Notes under the pieces: generated by a model
What the model was told of the DNA's origin: nothing
Seen by the model: only the letters and a program-made list of their open reading frames with translations
The model's database searches: none
Shown here: positions 27,817 to 37,952 of the stretch, in pieces
How positions within the stretch are numbered: the first letter of the stretch is position 1
Layout of the letters: each line of letters starts with the position of its first letter
Assembly: GCA_963754315.1 (NCBI GenBank)
Contig: CAVWFS010000011.1
Coordinates: forward strand, 32,001 to 96,000
Reading direction: 5' to 3'
Origin: an uncultured Candidatus Rokubacteria bacterium
GTDB taxonomy: Bacteria > Methylomirabilota > Methylomirabilia > Rokubacteriales > CSP1-6
DNA: 64,000 nucleotides
Position numbers and translations under genes: made by a program

Positions 27817-30613
27817 ATGCACGGTGATCCCAAAGACATCGACCAGCCGTGGTGGTCTCCCGAGGGAGCACGTGTGCCTCTGGGCGCGCCCTTCCGTCCC
27901 GGCCTCGATCCGCTGCCCGCATACCAGGAAACGTGGGCAGTCGTGAAGGATCGCTGGGGGCGCCCCGCGCACGGCGATCCCCGGGACGCGCTGCGGCGGG
28001 TGATCAGCCGAGTGCCGTCCCTCGGGCCCAACGATGCTCTCGGCTACGTCCTCTACGCCGGACTCACCTACAACACGGTCTTCGCGGCCCGCGGCGTGCC
28101 GATTTCCGTCTTCGACCTCCACGACCAGGACCTGCATGTACCGGGCAGCGGGGCCGTGGTGATGGTGGCGGCCCTCGGAGCCGAGACGGCGCGCCAGGGC
28201 CGGCTCCACGTCGGTGAACTGCGGGTCGTCTATCCCGGGGTCTCCGATCTTGCTGTCGCCGCGCGCGGGTGACGATCCCATGCACGCCGACTTCAAAATC
28301 CAGGGCTACGAAACCCCCGACGGCACCTTCGCCCAGTTCGTGCGCGTACAGGCGCCGGCCTTGCTCGCGCATTCGACCCGATTGACCTTGGCCGAGGGCG
28401 CTTCGTTCATGCTCGACCTGGAAACGGTGTTCAAGGCGCTTTACGACGTCGCCGCCGTCCAGACAGGCGAGCGCGTCTTCGTCGAAGGCGCGGCGGGCGG
28501 TACCGGGCTGTACGCGGTGGCCTGCGCCGTGCTCCGCGGGGCCCGGGTAACCGGGCTCGTCTCCACCGAGGACAAGGGCGCCCTGATTCGCGCTCGGGGC
28601 GCGGCGGCGTTCGTGAATCGCACGTGGCCGGATCTGCAGGGTGTCTTCACGATGGTGCCGCTCGATCCCTCGGCCTGGAGATCGTGGCAGGCGAGGGGCG
28701 AGCCTCTGCAGGCCCTTGTGCGCCAGGCGAACGACGGGGAGCTCGTCGACGTGGTCGTCTCCTCGGTCGGCCGCGACCTGTTCGGACGCATGATCGACCT
28801 GCTGGGTCCGGGAGGCCGCCTGGTGTTCTACGGGGCCACGACGGGATACACGCTCGCATTTCTCGGCAAGCCGGGCAGCAGCTCGGCCCGCGAGATGTAC
28901 CGGCGCGCCGACTTGCGGCCCCACGAGGGTGTGGTGGTCCACCGAGCTGACCTCGTCGACCCGATCGGCGACGATGCGATCGAAGCGGCCCTGGCCACCG
29001 GAGCGCGTGTGGTGGCAGTCACCAGAGACTGACGCGCAGGCTGCTGCGCTCGGGCGCGTTTCGCTCTGCGCGGAGTGGTCAGCCTGGAGACTCTGGTCCA
29101 GAGCGCTGGCCTGCGCTGGCCCGACGCGATGCCCGACTACGATCACGACCCCGAAGGCTATCGCGCCTACCAGGAGTCTACCTTGAAGCCATTCGGGCAG
29201 GCCGTCGGTCGGCTGCTGGCGACACCTGACAATCCCCGTGGCCATCCGGACCTGATCGTGGAGCGCGCGGGGCAGGACACCCTCGGCATCAGCACGTTCA
29301 TCGCGCGCCCCCATGGGGGGCGCATCGTGTACCTGGAGGCCAGCGCGGGCCGCCGCTTCTCGTTTTACGCGCCGAACGTCTGGATGCACCAGAAGCACAT
29401 CCTGTTCCCAACCTTTGCCATCCTGGGTAGCCACCTCTCGAATGCCCACCAGGCAGCCGAAATCGTCCAGCTCATCGATGGTGGAGCCCTCCGGGTTCAC
29501 GCTCCGGGGATTCACGCCTGGGAGGACCTGGCCGAGGCGAACCAGGCTATCCATGACAATCGGCATACCGGAACCTTGGCCGTCCGGGTCGGCGCTGCCG
29601 CTGCGCTCGACGATGCCCGCACGGCCCGGCAGGTGTACGAGGCCTGGGGGTCGCGCTTCATCGATGCTCCCACCGTGCGTGTGCGGATCGACCCCGTGCG
29701 GCCGGGGTTCCCCGACCTCGTGGCGCTGGTGACGATCGACTCACCGCCCGCCAACGCGCTCGGGAGTACCACGTTCGACGACCTCGAGCGGGCCCTGGAG
29801 GCGCTCGAGGCGGAGTCGGCTCTGCGTGCGGTTGTCTTGACGGGAGCGGGGGCGATGTTCGTGGCCGGGGCAGACATCCGGCAGCTTCGCGCGCTGTCGT
29901 GCGCCGCCGACGTCGAGGCGTTCGCCCGGCGCGCCCAGCGCCTGTTCATGCGGATCGCAAGCGCGAAGGCGCCGTTCATCGCCGCCGTGGATGGCTACGC
30001 CCTGGGTGGGGGCAACGAGCTTTCGATGGCGTGCGCATACCGGGTGGCCTCCGCGCGCGCGGAGCTCGGGCAGCCTGAGATCAACCTGCACGTCATTCCC
30101 GGCTTCGGTGGCACCCAGATGCTGCCACGCCTCGCCATCCAGCGGGCCCGAGAGGGTCGCGGGCAGATGTTTACCTTACTCGCCGAGGCCTTGGCCGTTC
30201 TGCTCGACGGGCGTCGCCGCTCGGCGGCCGCCGCCCATCAGCTGGGATTCGTCGACCTCGTGGCGCCAGCCGATGCGCTCTCGCACGCGCTCGGCATCGC
30301 CCGGCGTGTCGCCCGGGGCGAGTTCGAGGGCCGGCTCGCCTCACCGCTCACCGAACGCGAAACCGTCGCCTTCCCCAACGTCGAGCGGGATCCTGACCTG
30401 CAGCGAATCCTGGCCCACCACGCGCACATCCCACGGGCAGCGGCGGCACAGGCCATCATGGACGTGGTGCGGGTGGGCCTCACCAAGGGACTCGAAGTCG
30501 GCCTGGCCGAGGAGGCGCGCGTGTTCGGCCATTTGATCGCGTCGCCCGATGGGCGCGCGGGGCTCGATCGCTTCCTGGCCCGTCGCTCGCTTCCGCTACC
30601 GCTCCGGCGCTGA
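27817..30613 (+). CDS. Enoyl-CoA (carboxylase/)reductase-enoyl-CoA hydratase fusion related to propionyl-CoA synthase domains; split by indels near 28250, 29024 and 29063
   Basis: Three ORF pieces join into one ~930-aa protein. MDR motifs YNTVFA, IQGYETPDGTFAQF, VEGAAGGTG, FYAPNVWMHQK, GSHLSN, then crotonase motifs PPANAL, FVAGADI, ALGGGNE, GQPEINL, PGFGGTQ. Confidence 0.82.
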
Positions 30614-32293
30614 CTCGGGTCCGACGACTACGCCGTACCACTCGCGTGCCTTCTCGACGGAGAGGTAGCCCAGTGCGACGTCGCGGGCGATCAGCGCGGG
30701 ATCGCGCTCACGCGGGTCGCCGTACCCCCCGGAGCCGGAGACGCGAAAACTGACGAGGTCGCCCCGCTCCAGAGGGTAGATGCCCTTCGAGTGCAGGACC
30801 TGCTCCTGGGGGGTGTCGGGGTTCAAGATGGTCGCGCCCACGGCGGCCGAGCGTCCTCCGAAGAGGCCAGGCGGTGGAAAGCGGTGTCGGTCCGAGAGGT
30901 TGGAGACTTGTCCCTTCTCGCCAAGGAAGCGGATGTCCTTGCGGAGGCCCGCACTGCCGCGGAACTTCCCGGCGCCCGAGGTGTCGCGCATCAGCTCGAG
31001 CCGTTCCACCAGGATCGGATAGTTGCTCTCGTTCACTTCGACCGGGATGTTCTCGAGGTTGAACGAGCCGCAGACCGCCTCCGCGCCGTCTTTATGCGGC
31101 CGGGCTCCCATGCCACCGACGATGATGTCGTAGTAGACGAAGCGGCGTCCACGGGCGGGATCGAAGCCCGCGAAGATGGGGTTCGCCCAGTGAGAGGAGG
31201 CGGCGATGACCCGGTCGGGCACGGCCTGAGCCAGCGCCTGCAGGATGACGTCCACGATGCGCTGCTGCATGACGGCCCTGGCGCCGGCCGCCGCCGGCGG
31301 CCGAGCGTTGAAGAGCGAGCCCTCCGGGGCGCGCGCCCGGATGGGACGCATGGTGCCCGCATTCTGGGGAATCGTGTGCTGGACCAGGGCCGATTTCACC
31401 GTGTGCCACGTGTAGGCAAGCGTGTAGTTGAACGCGCTGTTCATGCCCGAGGACGTCTGGGGGCTCGATCCCGTGAAGTCGACGGTGATCTCGTCGGCCT
31501 CCACCACCACGGTCACGAACACCCGGAGAGGATCGGTGTTGCGCCCGCAGTCGTCGTAGAAATCCTCCGCCTGATAGCGCCCGGGACGCACCGTCCGGAT
31601 GGCCGCCCGCATCTCCCGCTCCGAGTGGGCGAGGATCTCCTCCCAGGCACCGAGCACGGTATCGGTGCCATAGCGATCGAACAGCTCGAGCAGGCGGCGT
31701 TCGCCGACGCGCCCCGAGTTGCGCATGGCCTTCAGATCACCTTCCACGATGTCGGGCATGCGCACGTTCCCCGTGATCAGGCGCATGACTTCTCGGTTGA
31801 CCTCACCGGCTCGCCACAGCTTGCAGGGCAGGACCCGGATGCCCTCCTGGTAGAACTCCGTCACGCCTTCCACGGCCTGGGAACCGGCCGCCGCACCTCC
31901 CACGTCCACCTGATGGGCGCAATTCACCACGTAGCCCACGAGCTGGTCGCGATGAAACACCGGGGTGGTGAGGAAGAAATCCGGCAGATGGCCGGAACCC
32001 ATGTAGAGGTCGTTGAGCACGATCGCGTCTCCCGGGCCCAGATCGGAGGCCGGGTATTCGGCCAGTACGTGTCTGACCAGCGACGGCATTGACCCGAGGT
32101 GGCCTGGGCTGAAGTCGCCCTGGACGATCATCTGGCCGCGCGCATCGAAGAGGGCAACCGAGAAGTCGCGTCCCTCGCGGACGGCCTGGGAGTAGGCCGT
32201 CTTGCGCAGGGCCGTGCCCGCTTCCTCCGCGACCGACCCGAGAGCCGCTCCGACCACCGCCTGGGTGATGGCGTCGACGGCCTGCATGTTCAT
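30596..32293 (-). CDS. hyuB: Hydantoinase B/oxoprolinase family protein
   Basis: TAYSQAVREGRDFS, NDLYMGSGHLPD, HQVDVGG, QEGI, GAGKFRG, GSGGYGDP. Confidence 0.93.
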   Translation of the reverse strand: MNMQAVDAITQAVVGAALGSVAEEAGTALRKTAYSQAVREGRDFSVALFDARGQMIVQGDFSPGHLGSMPSLVRHVLAEYPASDLGPGDAIVLNDLYMGSGHLPDFFLTTPVFHRDQLVGYVVNCAHQVDVGGAAAGSQAVEGVTEFYQEGIRVLPCKLWRAGEVNREVMRLITGNVRMPDIVEGDLKAMRNSGRVGERRLLELFDRYGTDTVLGAWEEILAHSEREMRAAIRTVRPGRYQAEDFYDDCGRNTDPLRVFVTVVVEADEITVDFTGSSPQTSSGMNSAFNYTLAYTWHTVKSALVQHTIPQNAGTMRPIRARAPEGSLFNARPPAAAGARAVMQQRIVDVILQALAQAVPDRVIAASSHWANPIFAGFDPARGRRFVYYDIIVGGMGARPHKDGAEAVCGSFNLENIPVEVNESNYPILVERLELMRDTSGAGKFRGSAGLRKDIRFLGEKGQVSNLSDRHRFPPPGLFGGRSAAVGATILNPDTPQEQVLHSKGIYPLERGDLVSFRVSGSGGYGDPRERDPALIARDVALGYLSVEKAREWYGVVVGPESAPER

Positions 32294-34374
32294 CCCTCCG
32301 GCCTGGCGATGTCCACCAGGAGATTGCGGTACTCGTCCACGCGTGCGCGATCGCCCGGTAAGAGCACGACGGTCGTCTCACGCTCCTCGACGATGGCGGG
32401 TCCTGTGAGGGTCGTGTCGCGTCCGAGCGCGTAGCGGTCGTAGACCGGGCACTCGATGAGACCGCCGGCTTCGGGGAAGTACGCGCGGCGGTGGCCCTTG
32501 CGGGCCTCGCCCGCCACTGTCTGCCCTGTGTGACCGGTCACGTTCCGCCCCGGCGAGAGCGCCGTCATCTCGAGCTTCCAGGTTGTCGCCTCCAGGGGAA
32601 CCCCGGGGGGGTCGGCATAGCCGTAGTGGGCGGCGTACACCTCGGCGTGCGCCTGCCGGATCGCCTCGAGGGAAGCCGGAGAGAGGCTCCCCGGCGGGAT
32701 GCTCACGTCAAGCTCGTGTCCTTGTCCTGCGTAGCGGATCTCGGCCGTGCGGTGCAGGCGCCACTCGCCGCGGACCCCGGCCTCGCGCAGCTGCGCGGCG
32801 CCCTCGGTCTCCATCTCGGCGAAGAGCTCATTGATGCGCTTCCATGGCGCCTTGTCGAGGGAGACGACCAGGGTGCGGGCCAGATCGAAGCGCGGATCGG
32901 CGATCAGCAATCCCAGCGCGGAGGCGACGCCGGCCGCGAAGGGAACGATCAACCGGCCGATGCCGAGGTTGCGCGCGAGCCTCGCCCCGTGGACGGGGCC
33001 GGCGCCGCCGAAGGTCACACAAGCCAGATGACGCGGATCCTTGCCCCGACCGATGGAGACGACCCGGATGGCGCCCTCCATGTTGAGCGTGACCAGCTGA
33101 TGGATACCCCAGGCGGCGTCCAGCAGGCCGACACAGAGCGGTTTGGCCACCCGCTCCTCGACCGCGGTGCGCGCGGCGTCGAGGTCCAGGTGGCGCACAC
33201 CCCCGAGGAAGTAGCCGGGGTCGAGTAAGCCGAGCAGGAGATTGGCGTCGGTCACGGTCGGCTCGCGGCCGCCCAGACCATAGCAGGCCGGCCCCGGGTC
33301 CGATCCGGCGCTGTCCGGCCCCACGCGCAGTAGCCCACGCTCGACGCGAGCGATGCTGCCGCCCCCGGCGCCAATCTCGACGAGATCGACGCTGGGAACG
33401 TTGACGGGCAGCCCGCTACCTTGACGCATGCCGATCAGGTCGACTTCGAGCGTGTCGGCTCGGGCGGGCCGACCGTCCTCGATGAGCGCTGCCTTGGCTG
33501 TGGTCCCTCCCATGTCGAAGGCGACGAGATCCTTGTGGCCGGTGAGGGCGCCAATGTGGGCCGCCAGGATCGCTCCTGCCGCCGGTCCGGAATCGAGTGA
33601 GCGCACGGGGAAGCGGGCAGTCATCTCCGCTGTCGCGATGCCGCCATTGTTCTGCATCAAGTAGAGCGGCCGGTGGCACCCCCACGCGTTCAGACCCCAC
33701 ACGAGCGCCTCGAGGTAGGCGCGAAAGGCCGGCATGATGTAGGCATTCACCACGGCCGTACTGGTTCGCTCGTACTCGCGGTATTGCGGACATAGAGCCG
33801 CGGAGAGAGTCACCGGCAGGCCAGGGAGCAACCGGGCGGCCAGGGTGGCCACGAACTCTTCGTGCCCCGGGTTGGCATAGGAATGCAAGAAAGCCACGGC
33901 CAGAGACTCGACACCGCCCGTGTGACACGTCTCGAGCGCCGTCTCGAGCGAGGCGTGATCGAGCGGACGATGGACCGTGCCGTCGGCGAGCACGCGCTCG
34001 TCGACCTCGACGATCTGGTCGCGCGCGATGAGCGGCGGGTGCTTGTCGACGAACAGGTCATTGATGTTGTACCGAAGCTGACGCTGGATCTCGAGCACGT
34101 CTCGAAAGCCGCGGGTGGTGACCAGAAAGGTGCGGGCACCCTTGCGCTCGATGACCAGGTTGGCCCCGAGCGTGGTGCCGTGCACGGCTTGCTCGAGATC
34201 GCCGGGTTCAGCGCCGGCCCTCGCCAAGAGGTCGGCCAGACCGTGGAACACGGCTTCGGCGGGGTCGCGCGGCGTGGTGAGCCGCTTGCCCACGATCACG
34301 GCGCCGGTCGCCACGTTCTGGAGGACGAAGTCGGTGAAGGTGCCGCCGATGTCGAAGCCGAGGCGCCAGCCCAT
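32290..34374 (-). CDS. hyuA: Hydantoinase A/oxoprolinase family protein
   Basis: DIGGTFTD, HGTT, EYERTST, SGPAAG, DMGGTT, GAGGGS, GPDSAGSDPGPACY, PTVTDA. Confidence 0.93.
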   Translation of the reverse strand: MGWRLGFDIGGTFTDFVLQNVATGAVIVGKRLTTPRDPAEAVFHGLADLLARAGAEPGDLEQAVHGTTLGANLVIERKGARTFLVTTRGFRDVLEIQRQLRYNINDLFVDKHPPLIARDQIVEVDERVLADGTVHRPLDHASLETALETCHTGGVESLAVAFLHSYANPGHEEFVATLAARLLPGLPVTLSAALCPQYREYERTSTAVVNAYIMPAFRAYLEALVWGLNAWGCHRPLYLMQNNGGIATAEMTARFPVRSLDSGPAAGAILAAHIGALTGHKDLVAFDMGGTTAKAALIEDGRPARADTLEVDLIGMRQGSGLPVNVPSVDLVEIGAGGGSIARVERGLLRVGPDSAGSDPGPACYGLGGREPTVTDANLLLGLLDPGYFLGGVRHLDLDAARTAVEERVAKPLCVGLLDAAWGIHQLVTLNMEGAIRVVSIGRGKDPRHLACVTFGGAGPVHGARLARNLGIGRLIVPFAAGVASALGLLIADPRFDLARTLVVSLDKAPWKRINELFAEMETEGAAQLREAGVRGEWRLHRTAEIRYAGQGHELDVSIPPGSLSPASLEAIRQAHAEVYAAHYGYADPPGVPLEATTWKLEMTALSPGRNVTGHTGQTVAGEARKGHRRAYFPEAGGLIECPVYDRYALGRDTTLTGPAIVEERETTVVLLPGDRARVDEYRNLLVDIARPEG

Positions 34375-34454
34375 GCCCGGGCGCATGGTAGCAGATGGGG
34401 GCTCTGGCGAGTCCCCTGTTGCCTGGCGGGAACGCCGTCGTCTATCCTCGGTCC

Positions 34455-34946
34455 ATGAGCACTTCGGACGGGGCGAGAGGACGCGCGGTGGTGGTGCAGC
34501 CCGATGACGGGCCTTCGTACTGGCAACCCATTCCCGCCAACGGCCACGCCGACCCCAAGCTCTATCCCGGCAACACGAGCTTCGGGGGGCTGGCCATGGG
34601 GTTTCAGACCATCGCTCCCGGCGGGCGGGTCCGCGAGCACTCCCACGGTGATCAAGTGGAGCTGCAGATCTGCTTCCGGGGCCGGGGTCGGGTCATCGTC
34701 GACGGGGTCAGCCATGACCTCGTGCCCGGCACCGCGTGCTTTCTCGGCCACGACGCCAAGCACGAGATCCTGAACGACGGGCCCGACGATTTGGTGATGA
34801 TGTGGGTCATCACCCCCCCGGGACTCGAGGACTTCTTTCAGGCCATCGGCCGACCGCGGGTACGCGGCGCGGCGAGCCCTGCCCCCTTTGCCAGGCCCGC
34901 AGACGTGGTCGCCATCGAGCGTGCCACGGGAATGAACGACACCTGA
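34455..34946 (+). CDS. Cupin domain protein
   Basis: HSH...E...H cupin motif; leaderless-type TATCCT-6nt-ATG. Confidence 0.85.
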   Translation: MSTSDGARGRAVVVQPDDGPSYWQPIPANGHADPKLYPGNTSFGGLAMGFQTIAPGGRVREHSHGDQVELQICFRGRGRVIVDGVSHDLVPGTACFLGHDAKHEILNDGPDDLVMMWVITPPGLEDFFQAIGRPRVRGAASPAPFARPADVVAIERATGMNDT

Positions 34947-34980
34947 TGGTCACGCCTGCGGTCGGCGACGGAGCACTCCC

Positions 34981-35475
34981 GCGCGCTGGCTAATCGACGG
35001 CTACAACCTCATTCGAAGCGACCCCGACCTGCACGCCCGGGAGGGCGAAAGTCTGGAGCTGGGGCGCGAGGCGCTGCACCGCCTCCTCATACCGGTGGCG
35101 CAGCGTCTGGGGGACGAGTTTATCGTCGTCTTCGACGGCGCTCGCCCGTCCAGTGACGCGCAGGGGACGGGGCAGGTGCAATTCGTCTTTTCGCGGCCCC
35201 CGGAAACCGCCGACGACGTGGTCATACGCCTGGCCGCCCAGTGGCGTGAGGGCGCGATCGTGGTCAGCTCCGACCGCACCATCCGTCAGGCGGCAAGCCG
35301 GGGCGGCTCACCCGTGCTGACCGTTGCCGAGTTCCTGTCGGGTCTGCACGCGGAGGTCGATGATGTCGGCGACGACGATGACGACGCGGGGCCGCGCGAC
35401 AAACGCGGCAATCCGCGCCGAATATCCCGCGAAGAGCGCGCAGCCCGACGAGCCCTGCGTCGCTTGCGCGGCTGA
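34981..35475 (+). CDS. NYN/YacP-like PIN-fold ribonuclease (no canonical start at the expected position)
   Basis: Manual extension gives (A)RWLIDGYNLI...VVFDG...TADDVV...VVSSDR; GGAG lies 7 nt before GCG 34981. Confidence 0.8.
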   Translation, partial: ARWLIDGYNLIRSDPDLHAREGESLELGREALHRLLIPVAQRLGDEFIVVFDGARPSSDAQGTGQVQFVFSRPPETADDVVIRLAAQWREGAIVVSSDRTIRQAASRGGSPVLTVAEFLSGLHAEVDDVGDDDDDAGPRDKRGNPRRISREERAARRALRRLRG

Positions 35476-35525
35476 GGTCCCGCCCGCGCTCACCGATCAG
35501 CCGGATGACGGGCTTTCCGCCGCCC

Positions 35526-37952
35526 TCACCGCCAGGCTGCGGTGAGGGCGCCGCGTGTCTCCTGCCAGGACGGCGTCCACACCAGGGCCACCAGTCGTAC
35601 GGCGATGTTCTGCTTCGTCGGCTTGATGGATATCGTCTCCAGCTCGGCGCTGAGCGGATCGAGACTGGCGCCGAGCTTGTCGACCTCCGCGGTCAGCTGG
35701 CTCTCGAGGTCGGCTTTCTGCTGGCGCACCGCTTCGAGATTTGCCTGCGCGCGATCGATGTCCTGCCGCTCTTTCATCGCCCGGCCGGCGCCGCGGACAG
35801 TCGTGGTCGCCCGGCCCACGGTGGACGTGGAGACGGCCTTGCGCCCCAGCAGCGCCCCCAAGATGGTGGCGCCCAGGGAGACGGCCACCTGGACCTGGGA
35901 CTGGGTGGCCTGTTCGGACTCGCGCACCACCGCCTGCTCGGCGCGGCGGGCCTTCTCGTCGAGGGCGGCGATCCGGGCGGCGTACTTTGTCCGCAGGCGC
36001 TCCACGGCAAGGTCACGGCGTTCACGGGCCGCTTGCTGCAAGCGCGCCCGGAAATCACGCTCCGCTTCACCAGACCGCGAGAGATCCTTACCGAGCTTGT
36101 AGAGCTCGATCTTCTGGCTCCTGAACAGCCACGCCGCCAGCTCACGGCTCCACCTCTGATAGTTCTTGGGCTTGGTGGCGGGGGAGGGTAACTCCGCGAA
36201 CTGAGCGGGTTCCTTCGGGCCCGACTCGAGGTCGGCGGCAGCCATGGCGACCGGTTCGCCCCGCTCCCAGTCGACGGCGATGGCCTCGTCGGTGATGGGA
36301 ACGAGCACGGACAGCTCCTCCGTGGTATCGATACCGCGCTTTGTGTCGGCCACGCGAACCGTGGCGACGCCAAGGAGCATCGGCTCGTAGATGAGCGCGG
36401 CGTCGGCCGGACGCTCGGCGCGCACGGGCATGAAGTGCTCGGGGATCTCGTCCGACAAGACGGGGCGCGGGCTCGGCGTCGGGGCACCACGCGACGGAGC
36501 CGCGGCCGCAGCCGACGATGGGAGCTTGGGGGCGGCGCCTTTTCGCGGAGCCATCAAACGGCTGATTTGCTCGCGGGTGAGCGGTCCGCGCAGATAGGAC
36601 ATGGCCCAGCGGCTCTCGAAGGTTTCCGGTACATCCTCGTGCACGTTGTGCATGAGGAAGATGCGCGTGCCGAGACCGGAGAGTATCCGATCCATGTCGT
36701 TCCGGTCGAAGCGCTGGCCGGCGCCGGTGACTGCTCCCTCGAGGCCTTCCAAGACACGCGCCTTGTCGCGCTCGGTCTGGAGCCGGCCCAGGAACCACGT
36801 GCCCGCGTTCGATAGTCCCTTGTAGTCGAGATCTACCGGATTCTGGGTGGCCAGCACCACCCCGAGTCCGTAGGCCCGCGCTTGCTTGAGCAAGGTCAGC
36901 AGGGGTTGCTTGGAAGGTGGGTTGGCGACCGGCGGGAAAAAACCGAAGATCTCATCCATGTAGAGGATGGCGCGCAGGCTTGTGGTCCCCGATTGCCGGC
37001 GCATCCAGCCCGTCACCTGATTCAGCAGGAGCGTCACAAAGAACATCCGCTCCGCATCACCGAGATGGGCGATGGAGATGATGGACAGCCTCGGCTTCCC
37101 CTCCCGCGTGTGCAGCAGGGCGGCCGGGTCGAGCGGCTCACCCTCCATCCAGGCCGAGAATCCCGGCGAGGCCAGCAGGTTGTTCAGGGCGGTGGCGAGC
37201 TCGAAGCGATCGGCCGCGGGAAAGAATGCCTCGAGCTCGAGCACGCCGACGCGGGTCACGGGCGGTTTCTGGATCGTGTGGATGAGGCCAGCCAGGTCGA
37301 GATCGCGTCCCTCCCGCCACGCGGCGTCGAGGATCGTCGAGATGAGGATGTGCTCGCGGCTCCGGATGGGATCCGCGTCGATTCCGAGCAGCCCGAGCAG
37401 GCTGGTGGCGGTGACCCCGACCTGCTCGCGCAGTGCCTCGGCGTCGTCGCGAATCTGGGAGGGGGGCGCCGCGAACGACTTCAGAATCGAGAGGGGCAGG
37501 CCGGCGTTGCTCCCCGGTGTGTAAATGGCCAGGTCGGCGCTCTCGCGCAGGCGCCGGATGCGCGCTCCATCCTCGCCCCAGGCGGCCAGGCCCTTCTGCC
37601 ACAGCTCGGCCTGCTGACGCGCGTAGTCCTCGCTCGATAACCCTTGCCGGCGCGCGTCGTCTTCGTTGATCCACGGCAGGAAGTCCTCGGGCCGCAAGTC
37701 GGGGAAGGTGAGGAGCAGGTTTCCGAGGTCGCCCTTGGGGTCGATGATGATGGCCGGGATGTGGTCGAGGGCGGCCTCTTCCAGCAAGGCGAGGCAGAGG
37801 CCCGTCTTGCCGCTGCCGGTCATGCCCACGCATACGGCGTGGGTGACAAGGTCCTTGGACTCGTAGAGTACGAGCCCGTCCTTCGGCTTCCTGGCCGCCA
37901 CGTCGTACGGGCGGCCGAGGTAGAAGACCCCCAGCTTCTCGAAATCAGTCAC
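35526..37952 (-). CDS. HerA/FtsK-like P-loop ATPase (DUF87/DUF853-like) with C-terminal coiled coil
   Basis: THAVCVGMTGSGKT, IIDPKGD, LYMDE, QARAYGLGVVLATQNPVDLDYK. Confidence 0.85.
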   Translation of the reverse strand: MTDFEKLGVFYLGRPYDVAARKPKDGLVLYESKDLVTHAVCVGMTGSGKTGLCLALLEEAALDHIPAIIIDPKGDLGNLLLTFPDLRPEDFLPWINEDDARRQGLSSEDYARQQAELWQKGLAAWGEDGARIRRLRESADLAIYTPGSNAGLPLSILKSFAAPPSQIRDDAEALREQVGVTATSLLGLLGIDADPIRSREHILISTILDAAWREGRDLDLAGLIHTIQKPPVTRVGVLELEAFFPAADRFELATALNNLLASPGFSAWMEGEPLDPAALLHTREGKPRLSIISIAHLGDAERMFFVTLLLNQVTGWMRRQSGTTSLRAILYMDEIFGFFPPVANPPSKQPLLTLLKQARAYGLGVVLATQNPVDLDYKGLSNAGTWFLGRLQTERDKARVLEGLEGAVTGAGQRFDRNDMDRILSGLGTRIFLMHNVHEDVPETFESRWAMSYLRGPLTREQISRLMAPRKGAAPKLPSSAAAAAPSRGAPTPSPRPVLSDEIPEHFMPVRAERPADAALIYEPMLLGVATVRVADTKRGIDTTEELSVLVPITDEAIAVDWERGEPVAMAAADLESGPKEPAQFAELPSPATKPKNYQRWSRELAAWLFRSQKIELYKLGKDLSRSGEAERDFRARLQQAARERRDLAVERLRTKYAARIAALDEKARRAEQAVVRESEQATQSQVQVAVSLGATILGALLGRKAVSTSTVGRATTTVRGAGRAMKERQDIDRAQANLEAVRQQKADLESQLTAEVDKLGASLDPLSAELETISIKPTKQNIAVRLVALVWTPSWQETRGALTAAWR

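Noticed and set aside
29030..29032. In-frame TGA between the 28214 and 29075 ORFs as selenocysteine or readthrough
   Set aside because: Readthrough gives an implausible RD*RAGCCARARF. The alternative frame gives ETDAQAAALGRVS, which fits the family pattern, so two compensating indels explain it better.
34981..37952. HerA-like ATPase plus NYN nuclease as an anti-phage system
   Set aside because: The genes are convergent, not operonic. The ATPase is coupled to an LLM oxidoreductase, and there is no defence-island context.
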